Shown here one piece after another: positions 35,280-44,385 of a stretch of DNA of 64,000 nt (position 1 is its first letter; every line of letters starts with the position of its first letter). The notes beneath the pieces were generated by a model that was not told the origin of the DNA, made no database searches, and saw only the letters and a list, made by a program, of their open reading frames with translations. The position numbers and the translations under genes were made by a program. This stretch comes from Ignavibacteriales bacterium (GTDB taxonomy: Bacteria; Bacteroidota; Ignavibacteria; Ignavibacteriales; Melioribacteraceae): contig JAPLFF010000003.1 in assembly GCA_026390775.1 (NCBI GenBank), forward strand, positions 679,858 through 743,857, in the 5' to 3' direction.

Positions 35280-36689
35280 TTACTTTTTATTTTTAAGATA
35301 TTCATCTTTTATTGATAAAAAATAAGCATAAGCTTCTTCATAATTATTACCAATTTTGCCATCAAGAATTGCTTCCTCAATTGTAGTCTTTATATCCCCA
35401 ACAAGTTTTGAAGGAGGAATGTTACAGATTTTCATAATTTCTTCTCCTCTAACCGGAGACTGAAACGCTCGTAATTTATCTCTCTTGCGAACATCTTTAA
35501 CTTTTTGCATTACAATTTCATAATTCTCAAGATACTTCGTTACTTTATTTGGATTCTTACTTGTAATATCAGCGCGGCAAAGAGTAATTAAATCATCCAG
35601 GTCATCATCAGCAGTAACTATAAGTCTTCTAATTGCTGAATCAGTTACTTCTTCATCCACCAAAGCAATCGGTCGTAAATGTAACCGAATTAACTTTTCA
35701 ATGTAATCTAATTTGGTAAGAGGAAGTTTCATCCTTTCAAAGATTGATTTCATCATTCTTGCACCGAGTTCTTCATGCCCATGATAAGTCCAACCTGTTC
35801 CCTCAACAAATTTTTTGGTTGGCGGTTTTGCAATATCATGTACTAAAGCCGCAAACCTCAACCAAATGTTATCACTAACTAAAGCAATATTATCAACTAC
35901 TATACATGTGTGGTAGAAAACATCTTTATGGTGAAAATCATTTCTTTGTTCTACTCCGGCAAGATTATGCAATTCGAGAAGAATTACTTTTAAAACTCCG
36001 CTCTCAAATAATAATATTAACCCGATCGAAGGTTTATCAGCTGCAAGTATCTTCATTAATTCATCTGTAATTCTTTCTTGAGAAACAATCTTAAGACGGT
36101 CAGCCATTAAGCTTGCGGCTTTCATAACAGATTCATCAACTTGAAAATTCAACTGCGCAGCAAAACGAAATGCACGCATTATTCGAAGTGGATCGTCATC
36201 AAAAGTTTTTTCAGGTCTCAGTGGTGTACGAATTAATTTTCTCTCGATATCATTTATTCCGTCAAACTTGTCAATCAACTTTCCAAATGTATTTTCATTT
36301 AATGAAACAGCTAAACTGTTTATTGTAAAGTCGCGTCGATTAAGATCATCATCAAGCGTACCTTTTTCTACTTTAGGATTACGACTGTTGCGTTTATAAG
36401 ATTCTTTGCGAGCCCCAACAAATTCAAGTGCTATTCCTTGATAATTAAAATGTGCTGTCCCGAAATTTTTATAGACAGTTACTTCTTTTATTCCCAGATC
36501 ATTTGCTAATTGCTCGGCAAAATTAATTCCGTCACCTACCACTAAAAAATCCATTTCATTCTTATTTCGTTTTAATATAATATCACGAACAAATCCGCCG
36601 ACAAGATAAAGTTCTTCGTTTCTCCTCTCAGCGAGCGATGAAGCAATTTTTAAAAACTTATATTTATTTAATATTGTTTTAAAATCCAT
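35280..36689 (-). CDS. tRNA nucleotidyltransferase (CCA-adding) / poly(A) polymerase family protein with HD domain
   Basis: 469 aa with GGFVRD, DFLV, RRDFTINS and DPLRIMRA head-domain motifs, plus HDIAKP of the HD domain. Confidence 0.88.
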   Translation of the reverse strand: MDFKTILNKYKFLKIASSLAERRNEELYLVGGFVRDIILKRNKNEMDFLVVGDGINFAEQLANDLGIKEVTVYKNFGTAHFNYQGIALEFVGARKESYKRNSRNPKVEKGTLDDDLNRRDFTINSLAVSLNENTFGKLIDKFDGINDIERKLIRTPLRPEKTFDDDPLRIMRAFRFAAQLNFQVDESVMKAASLMADRLKIVSQERITDELMKILAADKPSIGLILLFESGVLKVILLELHNLAGVEQRNDFHHKDVFYHTCIVVDNIALVSDNIWLRFAALVHDIAKPPTKKFVEGTGWTYHGHEELGARMMKSIFERMKLPLTKLDYIEKLIRLHLRPIALVDEEVTDSAIRRLIVTADDDLDDLITLCRADITSKNPNKVTKYLENYEIVMQKVKDVRKRDKLRAFQSPVRGEEIMKICNIPPSKLVGDIKTTIEEAILDGKIGNNYEEAYAYFLSIKDEYLKNKK

Positions 36690-36693
36690 TACA

Positions 36694-38937
36694 TCACTTT
36701 GTATAAGTTATTTTTATTTCTTCATGGTTATTCTTAAACCAATTTACCATTTTTAAGTTTTCTATAAACATATGATCACTATTATCATCTTTCCTAAAAT
36801 CTAATGATCTTACTGCAAAATATTGTGCTGTTTCATAATCTAGATTTCTTAAAGCGTACTTTGAAATTTCCAATGCTGCATAACTTGAGGAGTAATCCTG
36901 AACTTTAATGCTTCTTTTAAATTCAGTTACTAAATCTTCTAAACTATTGTTGTCATTCGTAGAATAATTGATCAGAGTTGGTATTAAAAAATATTTTATT
37001 CCTTTCGAATTAAGAGATAGTAATTTTTGATACTTCTGTTTTTGATTATAATTCAAGTATTTTTTTAAGGAATCAACTCCTTCTTCTAGAATAGATTTTC
37101 TAATTAACACTTCATTTGTAAAATTGATGTGGGGACTCTGTACAATCAGCGAATCATACTCAGAAACCGCTTTAACATATTGATTCGTTTGGATCAACAA
37201 ATCCCCTAAGATCAATTCTAAATTATAATAGAATTGACTTGTTCTAAAATTAACTATTTGATTATTCAAAAACTCTTCAGCTGTTGCATAATTTTTTTCA
37301 GCTGAATATGATGATACTACCCCCAATAATGACTGATAAGAATTTGAATAATTGTAAACATTCTTAAATAAGTTAAAAGCTTCCGAATATTTTTTATTTT
37401 TATATAATTCCCAGGCCTTATTAACTTCGGACGCAGCCATTCGAGGGCAATATTTTTTAAATATACTTACTCCGCCGAAATAAAGTTGAGCTCTACTCTT
37501 ATTGAATTCAATTTGATAATTCTCCATGAATAATTCGTAATCTTTGACAAGTTCATTAAGTTTTTTCCCATATACTTTTTGAAAATCATTTACTTGATAT
37601 AAATATTTAATTTTTGATATACCAAATTTATCTTCAAGATATTTTAGAAAAGACCCGGCATATATATATGAGATTGATGATGTCCGTGAAAAAAAATTAA
37701 TTCCGCTAAACAGTTTTGCAATAGGGTATTTATAACCAGCTGTAAAAGCAAGTTTAGCCATGTATTGAATCGGGTAATCATCATAATTATTTTCAATTGC
37801 CATAGCCAAACCTTCAATCATTGCCGGATTAAAGTCTGCCGAAACTTTGAATGGTGTTTGACCAAATTCCCCAGCTAAAATATGTACTAGTTCATGTTTT
37901 AGAGTTCTTCCATAATTATAGTAATTCGAAAAAATTTGTTTCAACCATGGTTTTGCAATATCAGCATTTCCTGAACCTAATAATTCTCTTTTACTTTCTT
38001 TCCCGGGAAATAGATATGAATCAATATTATGCGAGAATGGTAATGTAAGTTGAATCTTAATCTGGTCTAAGTAATATTCATGAAGAAGCGCATTATATCG
38101 GTTTTCTTTATCTCCTCGAAGTGAATCTGGTAAATGAATTTGGAAATTATTTGTAATTATGGTTGAAGCAAGTTCTTTTTCAATACGTTTTTTATCAGTA
38201 GCAAAAAATAATTTCGGTTTCAATATCGAGAAGAAAAATGAGAGGAAAATCAGAATAAAAACAATAAGAGTTTTATTCTTTTTCTCATTATTTAAGACTA
38301 TTCTTGATGAGTAAAACAGTAGAATGAAAAAAGCTACATTGAAAATTCTATATGCTAATAAAATGCGATCAACGGATAAATCTTCATCGTAAATAGTACC
38401 AGGGAAATAACCAAATATTGGATTATAGAAATAGATTTGCGGATTAAAGAAGAACTCTGTTAATGGAGAAATTATTAATCCAATAGAAATTATAATGAAG
38501 AAATAAAAAGAATATTTTCTTGATAATGCTGTGCAGAAGTTCCCTAATGCACCGCCAAAAAAAAAGGAAGGAATTGAAATAACAAGATAGAAAAGTATAC
38601 CATCTTTAATTGGGCAATTAGAGTTTAGGACACTTGATAAAAATCCAATTAGAAAAGGAATGATAATTGAAAAAGAAATAAATAATTTGTTCTTCAGCAA
38701 TAAATCTATAGCACCTATTACAAAATCTTTTCTTTGGACTATAATAATCTGTAATCCGCCAATGATAAATAAGAAAATTCCATTAACAACAGAAAATTCG
38801 TAACCTAAAGTTTTTGTAAGAGGCAAAAATGTTAATAAAAGATTTATTAAAACTAGAAAGAAGACTAAAATTTTAGAAATATTTGAATGAAATTCTTCTA
38901 GTGAAATTCTCAAATTAAAATTCCGATGTTGAAACAC
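36694..38937 (-). CDS. Polytopic membrane protein with C-terminal Peptidase_MA-like (HExxH) domain and TPR-like repeats
   Basis: 747 aa. The first approximately 260 aa contain many hydrophobic segments. These are followed by HELVHILAGEFG ... AMIEGLAMAIE (gluzincin-like) and then helical repeat-like sequence. Confidence 0.6.
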   Translation of the reverse strand: MFQHRNFNLRISLEEFHSNISKILVFFLVLINLLLTFLPLTKTLGYEFSVVNGIFLFIIGGLQIIIVQRKDFVIGAIDLLLKNKLFISFSIIIPFLIGFLSSVLNSNCPIKDGILFYLVISIPSFFFGGALGNFCTALSRKYSFYFFIIISIGLIISPLTEFFFNPQIYFYNPIFGYFPGTIYDEDLSVDRILLAYRIFNVAFFILLFYSSRIVLNNEKKNKTLIVFILIFLSFFFSILKPKLFFATDKKRIEKELASTIITNNFQIHLPDSLRGDKENRYNALLHEYYLDQIKIQLTLPFSHNIDSYLFPGKESKRELLGSGNADIAKPWLKQIFSNYYNYGRTLKHELVHILAGEFGQTPFKVSADFNPAMIEGLAMAIENNYDDYPIQYMAKLAFTAGYKYPIAKLFSGINFFSRTSSISYIYAGSFLKYLEDKFGISKIKYLYQVNDFQKVYGKKLNELVKDYELFMENYQIEFNKSRAQLYFGGVSIFKKYCPRMAASEVNKAWELYKNKKYSEAFNLFKNVYNYSNSYQSLLGVVSSYSAEKNYATAEEFLNNQIVNFRTSQFYYNLELILGDLLIQTNQYVKAVSEYDSLIVQSPHINFTNEVLIRKSILEEGVDSLKKYLNYNQKQKYQKLLSLNSKGIKYFLIPTLINYSTNDNNSLEDLVTEFKRSIKVQDYSSSYAALEISKYALRNLDYETAQYFAVRSLDFRKDDNSDHMFIENLKMVNWFKNNHEEIKITYTK

Positions 38938-40180
38938 GTTCTATATCAGCGCCTAAAGCTTTTAATTTTTCTTCTATTCTTTGGTATCCTCTATCAAGAT
39001 GATATACTCTTAAAACTTCTGTGGTTCCTAATGCTGCTAATCCAGCTAATACTAATGAGGCACTAGCTCTAAGATCAGTAGACATTACTTTTGCACCTTT
39101 TAACTCTTTCACTCCTTTTACTACTGCGCTATTATTTATGATTTCAATATTTGCTCCTAATCTATTGAGTTCTGGGACATGATTAAATCTATCGTAGTAA
39201 ATTGACTCTGTAATTGTGGAAGTACCATCAGCAAGAGACATGTATGAGGTCCATTGAGCTTGCATGTCAGTTGGAAATCCTGGGTAAGCTGAAGTAGTTA
39301 TGTCAACACTTCTAGGGCTAATTGATGTGGCATCTATTTGCACTAACTTATTGCAATATGATAGAATAACTCCGCTATCTTCTAGTTTAGATAATATCAA
39401 TTTAGCATTCTCAAAATTGCGGTAAACAAGATTAATCTTACTCTGTGTAATCGCAGCTGCCGTTAAAAGAGTTCCTGCTTCAATCCTATCAGCAATGTTT
39501 TCGATCTTTGAGGAACTTAATTCATCCACTCCTTCAATCTCAAGTATCGTTGATCCTATACCAGATATTTTTGCTCCCATCTCTCTTATATACTCAGCTA
39601 ATAATGTTATCTCAGGTTCCATTGAAGCATTAGTAATTAATGTTGTTCCTTTAGCAAGTGAAGCTGCCATTAAAGCATTTCCCGTAGCTCCTACAGAAGA
39701 AATATCAAAGTGCAATTTAGTCCCTTGCAGTTTTTTTGATTTAGCTATTATGTATCCCTCTTCCAATTGAATCTCTGCACCTAACTTTTTCATAGCTTCT
39801 AAATGAAGATTTATAGGTCTTGGCCCCCATGCACAACCTCCAGGCATAGAAACTTTTGCATATCCATATCGTGATAATAAGGGTCCTAGAACATAAACAG
39901 ATGCTCGCATTTTTTTTACATGTTCATAGGGTGCAATTTGATTGATAATGTGACTTGTATCCAGCGTTAAATTATGATCATGAAAGTTAGTTGCAACACC
40001 TAAATGATTAAGTAATTTAATCATTGTGTAAATATCACTTACTTCCGGTGTGTTATTAATGATATTTTTTCCTGAATTAAGGAGAGTAGCCGGCATTAAA
40101 GCTAACGCTGAATTTTTAGCCCCGCTTACTTCAACTGTACCGCTTAGTTTCTTACCGCCGTTTATTACAAATTTATCCAA
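38915..40180 (-). CDS. murA: UDP-N-acetylglucosamine 1-carboxyvinyltransferase
   Basis: 421 aa with MDKFVINGGKKLSGTVEVSGAKNSAL and active-site loop PGGCAWGPRPINLH (Cys present). Confidence 0.95.
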   Translation of the reverse strand: MDKFVINGGKKLSGTVEVSGAKNSALALMPATLLNSGKNIINNTPEVSDIYTMIKLLNHLGVATNFHDHNLTLDTSHIINQIAPYEHVKKMRASVYVLGPLLSRYGYAKVSMPGGCAWGPRPINLHLEAMKKLGAEIQLEEGYIIAKSKKLQGTKLHFDISSVGATGNALMAASLAKGTTLITNASMEPEITLLAEYIREMGAKISGIGSTILEIEGVDELSSSKIENIADRIEAGTLLTAAAITQSKINLVYRNFENAKLILSKLEDSGVILSYCNKLVQIDATSISPRSVDITTSAYPGFPTDMQAQWTSYMSLADGTSTITESIYYDRFNHVPELNRLGANIEIINNSAVVKGVKELKGAKVMSTDLRASASLVLAGLAALGTTEVLRVYHLDRGYQRIEEKLKALGADIERVSTSEF

Positions 40181-40188
40181 TGAATACC

Positions 40189-42093
40189 TTACTGAATTTT
40201 GAACATCATTCCTTTAACACCTGCTAAAAAGATTTGTCCCATAGGACTAATGGATAATCCATTCATATTGGAAGAAATTTGAGACTCAACTTGACTCCAA
40301 TTTTCTCCTTTATCCTTCGATACTAATATAGTCCCAAGGTTTCCAATAATTATAGCATGGTCTTCCGAAATGTATTTTACTTTCTGAAATCCGCTTGTCA
40401 ATTTAGTTTCAACTTTTTCCCAAGAATTACCGTAGTTATTTGTCCATAGTACAGTCCCATTACCACCTACAATCAAACCATATCCATTTTCTCTTAAATC
40501 AATTGACTTTAGATAATTATCAGTTAAAGAAGTCTCCACTTTATTCCATGAATTACCACTATTTGTAGTTGAAAGTATAATTCCATCCCATCCTACTGCA
40601 AATCCTCTCTTTGAATCGAAAAAAGAAAAATCGAAAATAATTTCATTAGTATTAGTAGTTACTTTATTCCAATTGACTCCACCATTTGTAGATTTTAGAA
40701 TAAGTCCTTTATTGCCAGTAATAAAGCCAGTATTATTATCTACAAATTTAATCTTAAAATACTTATAACCTTTTTCTAAAGGTATTGATTGAAGTGAGTC
40801 AAGATTATTAATTCCTAATAGAAGAGAAGATGAATCTCCAACTATTAGAGCCTTTCCATTGGGGAATATATAAACATCACTTAATGGAATTGTTCGGTTA
40901 AGATTTTTACTTACCCAAGATTTTCCATTATCAGAGGAAGTTATTATCGTCCCAGAATCACCAACAGCAACGACAAATTTTTCGTTTGCAAAATAAAGAG
41001 AATTCAAATTGTTCTGCACACCACTTTCAACTTTAGTAATCTCACTAAATTTGAATTGCTTACTCTCTGATGAAAAGAGTTGCTGAATACTGTATTTCTT
41101 AAATTTATCTAATTGATTTGATGTTATTAGAGCATTCACTTGATTATAAACAAAATAAGAAAGTGCTATCATTAGAATTGTAAAACCCACAAATGCTGAT
41201 ACGGCAAATATTTTATATCTTTTTGAACGTGGTTTTGAACGGTTGAAATAGCTGGTATATAGTTTAGCAACATGTTTATCTAATTCTTGAACATCATTAA
41301 ACATTTCTTCACATGAGCTATATCTATTCAAAGGGATCTTTTCCATAGCTTTAAGTAGAATCTTATCAACCAGTTCAGGAATTCCAGTCATCTTTTCAGA
41401 AACTCTAGGCGCAGTTTTTTTAAGATGACTATCCATAACTTCATATTCGCTTTGATAATCGAATGGAGGTTGACCGACTATCATTTCATAAGCTGTGCAT
41501 CCTATAGAGTAAATATCACTCCGGTTAGTTACTTCTTCTCCTTTAACTTGTTCGGGACTCATATAATAAACAGTACCAATTTTAGAACCGGTTTTAGTCA
41601 TATCATTTTCAACAAGCGATTTCGAAATTCCGAAATCCATTATTTTGGTTATGCCTTCCTTATTTAAAATGATATTTGACGGTTTAATATCTCTGTGAAT
41701 AAATCCTTTGGAATGTGCATAACCTATACCGAGCAATAATTGTTTGATAATATAGATTACATCATACAAATTAAATCTGCCCTGCCGCTCAATAACTTTT
41801 TCAAGACTTTCTCCTTCTACATACTCCATCACTATACCAAGCAGATTTGAATATTCGATAAAACCGTGTACTGTTACTATATTGGGATGAGATAGTTTAG
41901 CATGGTTCTTAGCTTCGCGTTTAAATCTTTCAATAAATCTTTCTTTATCTAAGACTTGCGAGTTTAACATTTTAATTGCTACATATCTGTCGAGCTTTGT
42001 GTCAAAAGCTTTATAGACAATCCCCATGCCTCCTTTTCCAAGAACGGAGACAACTCGATAATTTTCGATCATTTTACCAATTAAATTATCCAT
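40189..42093 (-). CDS. Hanks-type Ser/Thr protein kinase with TM and BNR/Ycf48-like beta-propeller sensor region
   Basis: 634 aa with GKGGMG, VAIKML, HRDIKPSN, DFG and SPE. The TM is IFAVSAFVGFTILMIALSYFVY. Five Asp-box-like repeats are present (SSDNGKSW, STNGGVNW, TTNSGNSW, TNNYGNSW, SKDKGENW). Confidence 0.9.
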   Translation of the reverse strand: MDNLIGKMIENYRVVSVLGKGGMGIVYKAFDTKLDRYVAIKMLNSQVLDKERFIERFKREAKNHAKLSHPNIVTVHGFIEYSNLLGIVMEYVEGESLEKVIERQGRFNLYDVIYIIKQLLLGIGYAHSKGFIHRDIKPSNIILNKEGITKIMDFGISKSLVENDMTKTGSKIGTVYYMSPEQVKGEEVTNRSDIYSIGCTAYEMIVGQPPFDYQSEYEVMDSHLKKTAPRVSEKMTGIPELVDKILLKAMEKIPLNRYSSCEEMFNDVQELDKHVAKLYTSYFNRSKPRSKRYKIFAVSAFVGFTILMIALSYFVYNQVNALITSNQLDKFKKYSIQQLFSSESKQFKFSEITKVESGVQNNLNSLYFANEKFVVAVGDSGTIITSSDNGKSWVSKNLNRTIPLSDVYIFPNGKALIVGDSSSLLLGINNLDSLQSIPLEKGYKYFKIKFVDNNTGFITGNKGLILKSTNGGVNWNKVTTNTNEIIFDFSFFDSKRGFAVGWDGIILSTTNSGNSWNKVETSLTDNYLKSIDLRENGYGLIVGGNGTVLWTNNYGNSWEKVETKLTSGFQKVKYISEDHAIIIGNLGTILVSKDKGENWSQVESQISSNMNGLSISPMGQIFLAGVKGMMFKIQ

Positions 42094-42207
42094 GCCTTAT
42101 CACTAACAATTTTTATTTTCAATATAACAATTTCTCCTTTTTCTTTTGTTATTACAAACTGAAATAAGTGTCAAAATCGGTTTCTTTGTTTTTTCTTATC
42201 ATTTAAC

Positions 42208-42215
42208 TAATTTTG
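42208..42215 (+). promoter_or_regulatory. Candidate -7 promoter box TAATTTTG for tRNA-Leu(TAG)/tig
   Basis: Matches TAnnTTTG 10 nt upstream of the tRNA 5' end. A TTTG lies at 42186-42189, at about -33 spacing. Confidence 0.4.
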
Positions 42216-42225
42216 CGAGCCCAAT

Positions 42226-42307
42226 GCGAGACTGGCGGAATTGGCAGACGCGCTAGACTTAGGATCTAGTATCGAGAGATGTGGGGGTTCGAGTCCCCCG
42301 TCTCGCA
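42226..42307 (+). tRNA. tRNA-Leu (anticodon TAG)
   Basis: Acceptor GCGAGAC pairs perfectly with GTCTCGC. It has the GCGGAATTGGCAGACGC D-arm, anticodon loop CTTAGGA, a long variable arm and the GGGGGTTCGAGTCCCCC T-arm. Discriminator is A and no CCA is encoded. Confidence 0.93.
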
Positions 42308-42345
42308 CTAATTACTAATTAAAACACTACAATAACGAGGTATTT

Positions 42346-43653
42346 TTGGACATTAAAGTGAATCAACTATCAGATTCTCAGCAAGAAGTTGAAGTAAATC
42401 TGAATTACGATGAAATCCTTCCGGAAATCAATGATGCTTACGATGAAGAAAGAAAGACCATTACCATAGACGGTTTTAGAAAAGGGAAAGCGCCGATGGG
42501 AATGATTAAAAAACTTTATGGAGAAGCTATTGAATATAAAGCAAGTGAAAAAATTGCGAATAAAAAATTTTGGAATGCTATTGATCAACAAAATTTAAAA
42601 CCTATCAGTACTCCGCAAATGATGGATCTCGATTTTGTCCCGGGGACTAAACTATTCTTTAAGGTTAAGTATGAAATAAAACCAAAACTAAATCTTAAAA
42701 GTTATAAAGGTTTAGAAATTGAAAAACCCATTTTCAAAATAAAAGACGGTGAAGTAGAACGTGAAATTGATTTCTTATTAAAACCGCATTTTAAATTTGA
42801 AGCTGCTGATAAAATAGAAAACATAAATTTTAGGATAACAGTCAATCTGCAAAGAATGGATGCTCAAGGTATACCAATGATTGGACACCGAAGCGAGAAT
42901 ATGATTATTGATTTAACTGACGAAAAAGTTAATCCGCAAATCAAAGAAAACGCACAAGGTAAAAAGGTTGGTGAATTATTTAATTTTACTTTTACTGATG
43001 AACATTATCACGGTGAAGAACTTCATAGAGAAGAGTTTAATTATTTAGCTGATGTTATTAAGATAGAAAAACAAGTTAAGCCTGAACTCACTGAAGAAAT
43101 TGTGAAAAAGATCTCCGGTGATAAAGCTTCAACTCCAGAAGAACTTAATTCATTCCTCAGAAAAAATATTGAAGATTACTACATCAAACAATCTGATGAG
43201 ATTTTTACTAACAATTTGCTCGGTGAAATTGTAAAGAATAATGAATTCACTCCTCCGCCCGGTTATGTAAGTTCTGTTCATAAGAGAATGGTAGAGTTGG
43301 AAAGAGAAAATTCTAAACGTTATAAAATGCCTAACTTTGATGAACAAGCAGTTACTGAATATTATAAACCAAGAGCTGATTGGAATTCTAAATGGCAAAT
43401 CATTTTAGAAAATCTTGCCGAAGCTGAAAATATTAAAGTTGAAGATTCAGAATTAGAAGAATTAGCCAAGAAGGAAGCTGAAACAATTGGAATTTCAGTT
43501 GCCAAGCTTGTAAAATATTATAAAGACACTAATCGTTCGGAAATGTTACTGGAAGAAAAAGTGATTAAGTACTTGAAAGAACAAACAAAGATCAAAGAAG
43601 TTAATGCTGAAGAAAAAATTAAAGAGAAAAAGGAAAAATCAAATGAAGCATAA
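42346..43653 (+). CDS. tig: Trigger factor
   Basis: 435 aa. The N-terminal ribosome-binding motif context is GFRKGKAP. It sits immediately upstream of clpP as in many bacteria. TTG start follows GAGG. Confidence 0.9.
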   Translation: MDIKVNQLSDSQQEVEVNLNYDEILPEINDAYDEERKTITIDGFRKGKAPMGMIKKLYGEAIEYKASEKIANKKFWNAIDQQNLKPISTPQMMDLDFVPGTKLFFKVKYEIKPKLNLKSYKGLEIEKPIFKIKDGEVEREIDFLLKPHFKFEAADKIENINFRITVNLQRMDAQGIPMIGHRSENMIIDLTDEKVNPQIKENAQGKKVGELFNFTFTDEHYHGEELHREEFNYLADVIKIEKQVKPELTEEIVKKISGDKASTPEELNSFLRKNIEDYYIKQSDEIFTNNLLGEIVKNNEFTPPPGYVSSVHKRMVELERENSKRYKMPNFDEQAVTEYYKPRADWNSKWQIILENLAEAENIKVEDSELEELAKKEAETIGISVAKLVKYYKDTNRSEMLLEEKVIKYLKEQTKIKEVNAEEKIKEKKEKSNEA

Positions 43654-44308
43654 TATTCTTACACAAACTCAAATGAACCAAAAATTTGAAATCTATAACC
43701 AGCTTGTTCCTTATGTAATTGAACAAACAGGCCGCGGTGAAAGAGGGATGGATATTTTTTCCCGTCTATTGAGAGAACGTATCATCTTCCTTGGAACTGC
43801 AATTGATGATCATATTGCAAGTTTAACAATTGCACAATTACTTTTTCTTGAAGCAGAAGATCCTGATAAAGATATTTATCTTTATATCAATTCACCTGGT
43901 GGAAGTGTTTCTGCCGGTCTTGCAATTTATGATACAATGAAATATGTTCGCTCAAAAGTCTCAACTATTTGTGTTGGATTAGCAGCAAGTATGGGTGCTG
44001 TTCTGCTTGCCGGAGGTGAATCAGGAAAACGTTCTTCCCTTCCAAATTCTAAAATCATGATACATCAACCATGGGTTGGCGGATTGCAAGGACAAACTAC
44101 TGATATCGAAATCCACGCAAAGGAAATGATCAAGACAAGAGAAACACTTTATAAAATTCTTGTTGATAATACCGGAAAAACTTATGACCAGATTTCGAGA
44201 GATTGCGACCGCGATTATTTTCTTAATGCTGAAGAAGCAAAAGAGTATAAGTTAATAGACAATATTTTGGTTCATAGAGCCAGTCCAAACAATAACAATA
44301 AAAAGTAA
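43643..44308 (+). CDS. clpP: ATP-dependent Clp protease proteolytic subunit
   Basis: Blocks [30 protein letters not shown] and INSPGGSV are present, as are catalytic Ser (GLAASMGAV) and His (IMIHQP). The ORF track start 43604 lies inside tig, so I prefer ATG 43643; 43673 is also possible. Confidence 0.92.
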   Translation: MKHNILTQTQMNQKFEIYNQLVPYVIEQTGRGERGMDIFSRLLRERIIFLGTAIDDHIASLTIAQLLFLEAEDPDKDIYLYINSPGGSVSAGLAIYDTMKYVRSKVSTICVGLAASMGAVLLAGGESGKRSSLPNSKIMIHQPWVGGLQGQTTDIEIHAKEMIKTRETLYKILVDNTGKTYDQISRDCDRDYFLNAEEAKEYKLIDNILVHRASPNNNNKK

Positions 44309-44315
44309 CTTTTCG

Positions 44316-44339
44316 AAGGGGTTTATAAACCCCTTTTTT
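44316..44339 (+). terminator. Intrinsic terminator after clpP
   Basis: GGGGTT-tata-AACCCC is followed by TTTTTT. Confidence 0.75.
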
Positions 44340-44385
44340 ATTTTAAACATAATTTCATTACTAATACTGATATTGGAGAATTAAC

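Noticed and set aside
43604-43642. Longer clpP start inside the tig coding region
   Set aside because: The extension is a Lys-rich read-through of the tig 3' end in another frame. ClpP homology starts later, so ATG 43643 (or 43673) is more plausible.
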